Shown piece after piece: positions 1 through 8,605 of a stretch of 60,874 nt of DNA. Each line of letters begins with the position of its first letter. The first letter of the stretch is position 1. The notes below the pieces were generated by a model. It was not told the origin of the DNA and made no database searches. It worked only from the letters and a program-made list of their open reading frames with translations. The translations under genes were made by a program, and so were the position numbers. The stretch comes from Armatimonadota bacterium (lineage in GTDB: Bacteria; Armatimonadota; DTGP01; DASXUI01): NCBI GenBank assembly GCA_036504955.1, contig DASXUI010000097.1:1-60874 (forward strand), read 5' to 3'.

Positions 1-885
1 TGTGCGGTAGCGTATGAGTGCCGCTCCCTCAGACCCGAGCCAGGTGATGACCATCTCGCCGGGCGAACCCTCAGGGACCCAGTCGCCTGAGGCGGTGTCA
101 ATGCACTCAATGAGGAAGCCGTCCGCCCACACGTGCCAGCCCCCGGCCTCGGAGCACTGGTAGGACATAACTCCACCGAAGGCCGGCAGAGGGCTGAAGC
201 AGGAGCAGGGAGTCACCCCATAGAGGCGATCGAGGTCCTCCCCGTGGTCGTTGGAGGTGCAATCGTGCTTGAGGACCAGCGAGGAGACGCGGGGTCCCCG
301 CAGGCGACCCTTCCGCTCGCGGAGCTGGTTGCCCAGCTCTCGAACGGCCGCGGGCGTACCACAGATGGCCGTCGGCCCCACGTCCAGGGCCGCCCTCAGG
401 GCCTCACTGTCGTCGGCGACACTCGCCGCCACCATGCACGCGCCCAGCGACTGTGCGCCCAGATGGTAGCCCCAGGCACCGCTCAAATGGTTGTAGGGAT
501 GAAGGTTGAGGAGCACGTCCCCCTCCCTCACCCCAGCCATCCAGAGCCCGCGAGCGGCGTAGCCCCCCAGGGCGCGATGGTCCTTGCGACTGAAGAAGAG
601 CACGGGGGTGCGGAGCTTGCCGATGGTGCCCCCACTGGCGCCCATCAGGCTCTTGCGCGTGCCCATCGCCAGTCCGTGCGGCCCGGCCTCCTTCAGCGCT
701 GCCGAGTCCAAGAAGGGGAGGTTCTGCACATCCTCAAGGGCGCGCACCTCCTGCGGCGTTACGCCGCCCTCCTCGTAGAGGCCACGATAGAAGCGGTTCC
801 CGTGGTAGGCGCGATCGACCGCCTCGCGGAGGCGCGTGAGCTGGATCCGCTCTAGCTCCTCGCGGGGTGCGGCCTCATGCTCCAT
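1..885 (-). CDS. phenylacetate-CoA ligase / coenzyme F390 synthetase-like adenylate-forming enzyme (3' end outside window)
   Basis: Absent from the ORF track because there is no stop in the window. My minus-strand translation from ATG 885 reads MEHEAAPREELERIQLTRLREAVDRAYHGNRFYRGLYEEGGVTPQEVRALEDVQNLPFL...MGASGGTIGKLRTPVLFFSRKD...GDVLLNLHPYNH, which matches the PaaK-family N-terminal layout. An alternative TTG start lies at 906. The 133..855 plus ORF is its shadow. Confidence 0.65.
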   Translation of the reverse strand, partial: MEHEAAPREELERIQLTRLREAVDRAYHGNRFYRGLYEEGGVTPQEVRALEDVQNLPFLDSAALKEAGPHGLAMGTRKSLMGASGGTIGKLRTPVLFFSRKDHRALGGYAARGLWMAGVREGDVLLNLHPYNHLSGAWGYHLGAQSLGACMVAASVADDSEALRAALDVGPTAICGTPAAVRELGNQLRERKGRLRGPRVSSLVLKHDCTSNDHGEDLDRLYGVTPCSCFSPLPAFGGVMSYQCSEAGGWHVWADGFLIECIDTASGDWVPEGSPGEMVITWLGSEGAALIRYRT

Positions 886-987
886 ATCGTGGAACGCCTT
901 AGCCAAGTCGCTCGCCTCTGTCCTCAGATCCCAGGGGGCCGAGCCCCCCTTCGCGGTGACGCACCGCGCCCAGGTATGCGGGTCATC

Positions 988-1593
988 TCAAGGGCACGCT
1001 GGGCCCATCGGCTGGCCTCCGATCCGGCCCGCCGACGCATCCTTCACATAGGCCAGGACCTGCCGGAATTCGGCCGTGCCTGCCATACCCAGCCACTCAA
1101 ACACCACCGTCTCGGCGGAGGTCACAACGCCGCCCGCCTCGCGAGCCTTGTCGAGCCCTACCCAGCAGTTCTCCTCCGTGCTGGAGCCAACGGCGTCCCT
1201 CGGAATGTGCACCCGGTAGCCGGCCTCCAGGAGGCCATGGGCGGTCTGGTTCACGCACACGTGGGCTTCAACACCGCACAGCACCACGGTGAGACGCTGA
1301 GTCGCGCGAAGCGCCCCCTTCAGATCAGACGCCGCGCAGCAGCTAAAGGCCATCTTGCCGACGGGCGCCATGCCACCCAGCAGTTCGCGTATCGCGGGGG
1401 TCGTCGGCCCAAGCCGCTCCGGGTTCTGCTCCGTGGCCAGCACGGGAATGCCCAAGACCTTCGCCGTCCGAAGGAGGAGTGCGCTGTTCGCCAGTACCCT
1501 ATCGGGCTGTTGGACCGTCTTCAGCAGCGTATCCTGAAGGTCGACCACCAGCAGCACCGAGTCGTCTCGCCGGGCCAGCCGGGGGTGGGCCAT
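988..1593 (-). CDS. isochorismatase-family cysteine hydrolase
   Basis: 201-aa ORF with the LLVVDLQ strand near the N-terminus and the catalytic-Cys context VVLCGVEAHVCV. Confidence 0.8.
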   Translation of the reverse strand: MAHPRLARRDDSVLLVVDLQDTLLKTVQQPDRVLANSALLLRTAKVLGIPVLATEQNPERLGPTTPAIRELLGGMAPVGKMAFSCCAASDLKGALRATQRLTVVLCGVEAHVCVNQTAHGLLEAGYRVHIPRDAVGSSTEENCWVGLDKAREAGGVVTSAETVVFEWLGMAGTAEFRQVLAYVKDASAGRIGGQPMGPACP

Positions 1594-1597
1594 GGAG

Positions 1598-2665
1598 CTA
1601 GAGTTCCGCGATGATGGCGTCCGCCATGGCCGCCGTACCGACCGCCGATGGGTCGTTGCGGTCCGCCTTCAGGTCGTAGGTCACGCTCTTGCCGGCACCA
1701 ATGACGGCGCCGACGGCGCGCTCCAGCCGGTCGGCGGCGTCCTGCTCCCCCAGATGCCTCAGCATGAGCATCCCCGAGAGGATCAGTGCGGTGGGGTTCA
1801 CCTTGTCCTTACCGGCGTAGCGGGGAGCGGAGCCGTGGGTGGGCTCGAAGAGCGCGGTATCCACGCCAATGTTGGCACCGGGCGCCACGCCGAGGCCGCC
1901 CACCAGGCCGGCGCAGAGGTCCGACAGGATGTCGCCGTAGAGGTTGGGCAGCACCAGGATGTCGAAGTCCTGGGGCCGCTTCACGAGCTGCATGGACATG
2001 ATGTCCACCAGCCACTCCTCGTACTCCACCCGGCCCTTGTACTCCTCAGCGACCTCACGGGCCACGCGGTAGAAGAGGCCGTCCGTACACTTCATGATGT
2101 TGGCCTTGGCGACGGCCGTGACCTTGCGACGGCCGTTCGCCACCGCGTAGTCGAAGGCGTACTTCACGATGCGCCGGCTGCCCGAGACCGAGATCGGCTT
2201 GATGGAGATGGCTGAGTCCTCGCGGATCTTGCCGCCGCTCATGCCGATCACCTGCTTGGCCTCCGGGCTGCCCATCTCCCACTCGACGCCCGCGTACAGG
2301 TCCTCGGTGTTCTCGCGGACGATCACGAGGTCTACCTGCTTGAAGGGGGAAGGTACGCCGGGGTAGAGCTTGCAGGGCCGCACGCAGGCGAAGAGGTCCA
2401 GCTCCTTGCGGAGAGCCACGTTCACGCTGCGGAACCCGGTGCCAATGGGCGTGGTTATGGGGCCCTTAAGGGCGACCTTGTTGCGGCGGATCGAGTCCAG
2501 CACCTGCTCGGGGAGCGGGGTGCCGTACTTCTCCATCACGTCGGCGCCGGCCTCCTGCTCGTCCCAGTCGAAGGAGACGCCCGTCGCCTCCAGCACGCGC
2601 CTGGCGGCCTGGGTGAGCTCCGGACCGGTACCGTCACCGGGGATTAGAGTGACTCGATGGGCCAA
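1598..2665 (-). CDS. isocitrate dehydrogenase (isocitrate/isopropylmalate dehydrogenase family, short type)
   Basis: 355 aa with [31 protein letters not shown] and [10 protein letters not shown] family signatures. Confidence 0.85.
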   Translation of the reverse strand: MAHRVTLIPGDGTGPELTQAARRVLEATGVSFDWDEQEAGADVMEKYGTPLPEQVLDSIRRNKVALKGPITTPIGTGFRSVNVALRKELDLFACVRPCKLYPGVPSPFKQVDLVIVRENTEDLYAGVEWEMGSPEAKQVIGMSGGKIREDSAISIKPISVSGSRRIVKYAFDYAVANGRRKVTAVAKANIMKCTDGLFYRVAREVAEEYKGRVEYEEWLVDIMSMQLVKRPQDFDILVLPNLYGDILSDLCAGLVGGLGVAPGANIGVDTALFEPTHGSAPRYAGKDKVNPTALILSGMLMLRHLGEQDAADRLERAVGAVIGAGKSVTYDLKADRNDPSAVGTAAMADAIIAEL

Positions 2666-3027
2666 AGGATCCCTCCTGATATGGACAGCGCACCCGACCC
2701 GCCGCCGAGGGCGCCTGCTCAGTCAGAAGGCAGGCAGGCTCCATCCAGGCACTGCCGATCTGGGGGCGAGATTCGCGGGGTTTGACTGCTCCTACTTCTA
2801 GTTAGCACGCCGCGAATCCTGCCGCCGCCTCCAGCCGAACGGGTCAGTCGGCACCATCTGTACCTACTGCCTGGGCGCCGTTGGCACGATCGGGGCGTCC
2901 ATGAGTCCTCCCCCAAACCAAGGCGGGGCTTCCGACGAGCCTATCTCAAGCGACAACTAACGAGCAACGGACGGCTGGCGCCCAACATCAGCGTGAGCTT
3001 CGGGATCTGCCTGCAACATGCCACCGA

Positions 3028-3873
3028 ATGAAGCATCAGAACGTACGGAGGCTTCAGCCCTACCCAAGAGGACTGGAACCTATCGATTGTCAACTAGACC
3101 TGCAACCATGCGGATGTGGAGCGCCTTCACTGGGGCCCCTCAGGAGGTTGGAAATTAGACTTAGACCGCTTCCTTTCCTAGCTTGCGCCGTGGCCATGCA
3201 AGCGTTGATGGGTGCCTGTGCAGCCGCAGAAGCTCCGCGGGTGATCGTGCTCCGCAGCTACTCCTCCGCAGGGAACGCAGGCACCCTGCGGAGTCTGTTT
3301 GGGACTCCCGGCGGCGTTGTCATTGGCACCGTCTCTGAGATCGGCCCACCCAAGCTCTTCGAACGCGCCGATGCCGACGGCTTCGCCATGGGCGTCCCGA
3401 ACATCGTAAGGGTCTACCGTGACGCAACCATTCGGCCGCTGAGGTGGCTGAGACCCCATCCCGGCATCACTCTCAGCATCGGAACTCCGCTGGTCGTGCG
3501 TTATGACACCCAAGACGTGGCCGGCGGATTCCAGGTGAAGTGTGACGAGTACCCAACGCTGGAACCTGCGGAGCTAGTGCTGCTGTTCCTGGACGAGGAC
3601 CGCGTCACGGGGCAGGTAGGCCCCGCCCACGCTGACATCAAGGGAGTGGGAGACGGCAAGCTGACTGCAAAGAACGGAGCGTTCGTTCGGACCGGCGGAA
3701 GCCCCGCATCCTGGCGCCTGAACGAGCTGACTGCCGCGGCGGCCAACATCACCCCTCAGGCCCCGGGGCCCCTGATAGGTCCCAGATTCGGGCTGTACAA
3801 GGGGCCCGAGGCTCTTTGGCCTGCGCCAGCGCCCAGCGCCCCCAAGAGCACGCCAGATCAGCCCACCAGATAG
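3028..3873 (+). CDS. hypothetical protein, possibly secreted
   Basis: 281-aa ORF in a slightly lower-GC stretch. It has an internal hydrophobic signal-like segment LPFLACAVAMQALMGACAAAEA and I recognise no family. The start is uncertain. Confidence 0.35.
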   Translation: MKHQNVRRLQPYPRGLEPIDCQLDLQPCGCGAPSLGPLRRLEIRLRPLPFLACAVAMQALMGACAAAEAPRVIVLRSYSSAGNAGTLRSLFGTPGGVVIGTVSEIGPPKLFERADADGFAMGVPNIVRVYRDATIRPLRWLRPHPGITLSIGTPLVVRYDTQDVAGGFQVKCDEYPTLEPAELVLLFLDEDRVTGQVGPAHADIKGVGDGKLTAKNGAFVRTGGSPASWRLNELTAAAANITPQAPGPLIGPRFGLYKGPEALWPAPAPSAPKSTPDQPTR

Positions 3874-4110
3874 CCACCGTCGCCAGCCCACTGATGTGGG
3901 CGCCCTCCGGCGAAGCAGCAGGGACCCTGCTTCAGGCCTCCACGGCGGGCTAGCGTCTGATGGTCGCGCACCGCTTACGGCCCTGCGACCGATTGCGATG
4001 ATCCAACGTCCATGTCGGGGAGCCCGCTTCCACACGCTGGAGGCGGGCCCCCCGCTTGAGACGGGAGGGGCGCGGGTGCCCCATGGTGACTGGGCTGCCA
4101 CTTCCTTTGT

Positions 4111-5256
4111 TCAGCCGGATGAACGCCTACCAAGCAGCAGTAGTCTTGTTGCCTCTTCCGCGGCGCGAGCCAGAAGGATGGCGGCATCCTGAACCATGCA
4201 GTTGAGGCTAGCCGGCCCGGCGGCAATGGAGAGCGCCGCCGCCAGCCCCAAACCCCTTAGCTCGGCCGAATCACTTTTTATTGAACCGCAGAGGGCCACC
4301 ACCGGTGTGCCCGCGCCCCTCGCGGCCTCGCAGACTCCGGCGATCGTTTTGCCGTAGGCGGTCTGAGCATCGAGACGTCCCTCGCCCGTGATCACGAGGT
4401 CGGCCCTCGCGGCCCGCGCGTCCAGGCCCGCGACCTCACGCAGGAGCCGCACGCCAGGCACGAGCCGTGCGCCCAGGAAGGCCATCAGCGCGAAGCCCAG
4501 GCCGCCCGCGGCCCCCGCGCCGGGCGCCTGAGACCAGTCGCGCCCCAGCTCCAGCGCACAGACCTCCGCCCAACGCGCCAGAGCCCCGTCTAGCTCCTCA
4601 ACCATCAGTGGCGTAGCGCCCTTCTGAGGGCCGAAGACCGCGGAGGCCCCCTCTGGGCCGCACAGTGGGTTGGTAACGTCCGCCGCCGCCACGACCTCCG
4701 GCCCTGGGTTCGGCCATCGCCAGCCGATCCTATCGATCCGCGCGAGCCGCGCCAGAGCGGCACCGCCGGGCGGCAGATCCCCGCCCCCCTCATCCAGCAG
4801 ACGAGCGCCCAGGGCCCGCAGCATCCCCGCGCCCCCATCGTTGGTGGCACTGCCCCCGATGCCCAGGACCACTCGCGCCGCTCCAGCCTCCACGGCCGCG
4901 AGCAGCAGCTCCCCCAGCCCGTAAGTGGTGGTCAAGCACGGGTCCCTGCGGTCTTCAGGCACCAGCGGCAGCCCGCAGGCCATCGCGGACTCCAGCACCA
5001 CCGTCAGCCCATCCGCCAGCACCCCGTAGTGCGCCTCGACCGGCGTGCCCAGCGGCCCTGTCACCCATGCCAATCGCGCCTCGCCGCCCACCGCCGTCAG
5101 GTAGGCCTCCAGGGTCCCCTCTCCGCCATCCGCCATGGGGCAGAGGTCCACCTCCACCTCCGGGCAGGCGCGTCGACAGCCGTCAGCCATAGCCGCCGCC
5201 ACTTGCGCGGCACTCAGGCTGCCCTTGAACGAATCAGGAGCGATCAGAATCCGCAT
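4111..5256 (-). CDS. glycerate kinase
   Basis: 381 aa with the canonical N-terminus MRILIAPDSFKGSLSA and MADGGEGT, full length. Confidence 0.9.
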   Translation of the reverse strand: MRILIAPDSFKGSLSAAQVAAAMADGCRRACPEVEVDLCPMADGGEGTLEAYLTAVGGEARLAWVTGPLGTPVEAHYGVLADGLTVVLESAMACGLPLVPEDRRDPCLTTTYGLGELLLAAVEAGAARVVLGIGGSATNDGGAGMLRALGARLLDEGGGDLPPGGAALARLARIDRIGWRWPNPGPEVVAAADVTNPLCGPEGASAVFGPQKGATPLMVEELDGALARWAEVCALELGRDWSQAPGAGAAGGLGFALMAFLGARLVPGVRLLREVAGLDARAARADLVITGEGRLDAQTAYGKTIAGVCEAARGAGTPVVALCGSIKSDSAELRGLGLAAALSIAAGPASLNCMVQDAAILLARAAEEATRLLLLGRRSSG

Positions 5257-5285
5257 GAGCCACCCCTTGGGGGCTAAGGGGACAG

Positions 5286-5394
5286 AGGGGCTAAGGGGAC
5301 TGAAGGGGCTGAGGGGGCTTAGGGGAGGGGCCTCAGATGGCCGCCCTGGGTCCCCCCGTAAGCCCCTTCAGCCCCTTCAGTCCCCTCAGCCCCT
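5286..5394. repeat. 36-bp imperfect inverted repeat built from GGGGCT(N) units (REP-like hairpin / terminator)
   Basis: Arm 5286-5321 AGGGGCTAAGGGGACTGAAGGGGCTGAGGGGGCTTA pairs with arm 5359-5394 with 2 mismatches. The right arm overlaps the stop codon of the 5386..6456 gene. A further GGGGCTAAGGGGA copy lies at about 5268. Confidence 0.75.
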
Positions 5395-6456
5395 ACGTCC
5401 CACGAAGGCTTGCACTTTCTGCCGGATTGTCTCGTCGCAGCCGGGGACGCTCAGGACGTCGCACTCGCTGCCCAGGATGAAGGGGTGACCGACTTGGCGC
5501 ATCTTGGCGACCAGCTCATCGGCCGTGCTGGCGACCTCGTCAACAGAGATCAGGTCGTCGGAGTAGAAGCGCTTGGAGGGCAGGTTGCCGTAGAGAACGA
5601 TATCCTTGGGAACGATGGCGGCGTCCTGCCACAGCTTCCTGGAGCTTCCCAGGCTGAGCAGCTTGGGCTGAAGCTCCGTGAAGGCCGCCAGCATCGAGTC
5701 CGTGAGCTCTCCGCAGCAGTGGAACAGGAGGTCAACGCCGGCGTCCCCCACCATCTTGCGAATCTGGAGGTTGGGCTCCAGGGCGTAGCGCCGGAAGATG
5801 GGGGAGCCCTTCTCCATCTGCTTCGGCGAGAAGTACACCTGGTTGGCCGCCGGCTCCGCGACCATCACGGCCTTCGCGCCAGCCTCGATCTGCGCCTTCA
5901 GGGAGCGGAGTACAGTCTTCAGCGCCAGGTCGAGAGCGCACTCCAGAGCCTTGACCTCCGGGTCGTCCTCGGCAGTCGCTCCTGAGCCGGCCAGAAAGAC
6001 CGGCGTGATGGGGTCAGCCAGCAGCTTGGTGGCCAGCGAGAAAGGCCCAATACTCATGCCGACCGGCACAAGGTCAGTTCTAGTGGCGATGTAGGAGACC
6101 GCCCCCACGTTCGCCTCCATGCGAGGACTCAGCGGCCCACGGAGGCCCTCCTCGAGAACGGCGATCTGCTGGGGGTCGGGACACTGGGCGAAGTGGTAGG
6201 TCGGCACGTCGGCCTCCGGAAGCCCGAGGGCAGCCAGAAGTGAGGCCTTCTCGACCTGCAGGTCCATCTGCGGGATGGCCAGAGGGGTCCCATACCGGCG
6301 GGCAGCCTCCTCCACCACTCGCCCAAGGCGCTCTCCATCCAGCAGTATGGCGGCCGCGTCCTTCTTCTCGTGAAGGACGAGGTCTGTTCCTATCGGCATT
6401 CGGAGCCCGGACTCAGCCAGGCGAAGGTAGAAGTCGCTCGTCAAGTGCCCAATCAC
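5386..6456 (-). CDS. uroporphyrinogen decarboxylase (URO-D)/MtaA-like family protein
   Basis: 356-aa ORF whose length and C-terminal HPFILGSECDV block resemble the URO-D/methylcobamide methyltransferase barrel family. This assignment is from memory only. Confidence 0.55.
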   Translation of the reverse strand: MIGHLTSDFYLRLAESGLRMPIGTDLVLHEKKDAAAILLDGERLGRVVEEAARRYGTPLAIPQMDLQVEKASLLAALGLPEADVPTYHFAQCPDPQQIAVLEEGLRGPLSPRMEANVGAVSYIATRTDLVPVGMSIGPFSLATKLLADPITPVFLAGSGATAEDDPEVKALECALDLALKTVLRSLKAQIEAGAKAVMVAEPAANQVYFSPKQMEKGSPIFRRYALEPNLQIRKMVGDAGVDLLFHCCGELTDSMLAAFTELQPKLLSLGSSRKLWQDAAIVPKDIVLYGNLPSKRFYSDDLISVDEVASTADELVAKMRQVGHPFILGSECDVLSVPGCDETIRQKVQAFVGRRG

Positions 6457-6843
6457 TTTCGTTGCCTAGGCCCGCGCCGCGGAGCCGTAGCCCTGGCTCG
6501 TGGACAGCGCGGGCCCCCACGAGCCTGGAGTGTGCGTCGGGGTCCGGCCCCCGCCGCCGGGCAAGATCCAGCCAGGCGGGCCAGGCTACCACCCCTCCAC
6601 CCTACTCTTCCGCTGAGGCCCGGCCAAGGCCTCCCCACCTCTCCTTGGCGATGGAGGTGGCCTCGTGGGCCCTCAAGGGGGGCCACTCCGGAGTCGATAA
6701 ACGCCAGGGGCCTGAAGCTTCGCGGCGGTCCACCCCACCTCATCTGCGCCGCGGGCCGCTAGTGCATGTGCCGGTGTCTGGGGGAGCCCTGAACACCGAG
6801 GGCGAGCACCGGCGGCGGGACCAGTAGTGCGGGCCCGAGGTCT

Positions 6844-8595
6844 ATGAACCGACACCAAAAACTTGGAGAGATTCTCCTTCAAAACCGCGTCATATCGCAG
6901 GAGCAACTGGAGCGCGCCCTCGAGGCCAAGGTAGGCACCCGGCAGCGCCTCGGCCAGGTGCTCTCCTCCCTAGGGTTTGCCACTGAGACGCAGATCGCCC
7001 GCGTGCTCGCCCTCCAGTTGGGCCTCCCCATGGTCGACCTGGCCCATGAGGACATCGACCCAGAGGTACTAGGCCTGCTCACGCGAGCCGTCGTGTCTCA
7101 GCACAACGTCGTCCCCCTCCGCGTAGTCGACGGCACGCTGCACCTGGCCATGGCGGATCCCCTAGATCTGCGTGCCGAGGACACGGTCCGCGACCTCCTC
7201 AAGATGCCGGTCAAGCCCTTCGTGGCCTCCGAGAGCCAGGTTCTTGACCTCATCATGCAGCGCTACTCCCACGATGACGAGGCCTACGACCTTCTCGAGC
7301 AACTGATTCCGGAGTCGGGCGAGATCGCCATCGCCTCCGCGGATGGCCCCGTGGACAAGGCCGCACTGCTGAAGGCCAGCGGCTTCGAGTCCGTCGTCAA
7401 GGCGGTCAACGCTCTCTTGGCCGACGCCGTAAAGCGGATCGCCAGCGACATCCACCTGGAACCCTTCGACCAGAGCATCCGCCTCCGGTACCGCATCGAC
7501 GGCCGCCTGCGCCACATCGCCTTCCTGCCGGTTCAGGCGTACCCGGCGCTGGTGTCCCGGCTGAAGCTGCTCGCGAACCTGGACATCACGGAGACCCGGC
7601 GCCCGCAGGATGGCTCCTTCCGTGCGACAATCAGCCACCGTGTGATGAGCTGCCGGGTATCCACCCTCCGCACGGGCTACGGCGAGAAGGTTGTCATCCG
7701 CCTTCTGGACAACACCATGCGCAAGGTGGGCCTAGACGGTCTGGGCCTACTGCCGCAGGACCGCTCCGCGCTGGAGGGACTTCTCGCGCAGCCTCAGGGG
7801 CTGGTGCTCGTCACGGGGCCAACTGGCAGCGGCAAGACCACCACCCTCTACGCGGCGCTCAACCACATCCACAGCGACGAACTGAACATCATCACCATCG
7901 AGGATCCCATCGAGTCACAAATCCACGGGGTGAACCAGGTCCAGGTGGACGAGGGATGCAACCTGACCTTCGCCCGGGCGCTGAGGAGCATACTCCGCCA
8001 GGACCCCAACGTTATCATGGTGGGCGAGGTGAGAGATACGGAGACGGCCGAGATCGCGGTGCGCGCCTCGCTGACCGGTCACCTGGTGCTGGCGACTCTG
8101 CACACCAATGACGCCTGCTCGGCGCCCCTGCGGCTCATCGACATGGGCGTGGAGCCCTATCTGCTGGGGGCCAGCCTGATCGGGGTACTGGCGCAGCGGT
8201 TGGTACGCCGCCTGTGCCCAGAGTGCTCTCAGAGGGAGGGAAGGCCAGTAGGCTGCCGAGCGTGCGGGCTATCCGGTTACTCGGGTCGAGTGGGCCTATA
8301 CGAGCTGCTTAGCGTGGACGCCCGGGTGCGCGACGCGATGCACACCAAGGCCGGCCCCTCCGCGCTGGAGAAGATGGCCCGCCGAAGCGGCTTCAGGACG
8401 CTTCAGGAGGACGCCGCCGAGAAGGTGTCGATGGGATGGACCACCCACGAGCAGGTGGCCCTGGCGCTTGGCGTCCCAAGCTGGGAGGTCCTGTCCGAGG
8501 CTTCCACTCAGGACTCCTGGCCAGACACCGAGCCCCAAGAGCCGGCCCTCCCAGGTCTGCTCCTTCCGAACTTCCGCAAGGGCAACGCCGCCTGA
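6844..8595 (+). CDS. pilB: type IV pilus / type II secretion assembly ATPase (PilB/GspE family)
   Basis: 583 aa. Contains a GspE_N-type N-domain (LGEILLQNRVISQEQLERAL), Walker A GPTGSGKTTT, Asp box ITIEDPIE, Walker B LRQDPNVIMVGEVRD, His box ATLHTNDA and a C-terminal CPEC..CRAC. Confidence 0.93.
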   Translation: MNRHQKLGEILLQNRVISQEQLERALEAKVGTRQRLGQVLSSLGFATETQIARVLALQLGLPMVDLAHEDIDPEVLGLLTRAVVSQHNVVPLRVVDGTLHLAMADPLDLRAEDTVRDLLKMPVKPFVASESQVLDLIMQRYSHDDEAYDLLEQLIPESGEIAIASADGPVDKAALLKASGFESVVKAVNALLADAVKRIASDIHLEPFDQSIRLRYRIDGRLRHIAFLPVQAYPALVSRLKLLANLDITETRRPQDGSFRATISHRVMSCRVSTLRTGYGEKVVIRLLDNTMRKVGLDGLGLLPQDRSALEGLLAQPQGLVLVTGPTGSGKTTTLYAALNHIHSDELNIITIEDPIESQIHGVNQVQVDEGCNLTFARALRSILRQDPNVIMVGEVRDTETAEIAVRASLTGHLVLATLHTNDACSAPLRLIDMGVEPYLLGASLIGVLAQRLVRRLCPECSQREGRPVGCRACGLSGYSGRVGLYELLSVDARVRDAMHTKAGPSALEKMARRSGFRTLQEDAAEKVSMGWTTHEQVALALGVPSWEVLSEASTQDSWPDTEPQEPALPGLLLPNFRKGNAA

Positions 8596-8605
8596 CACGC
8601 CACGG

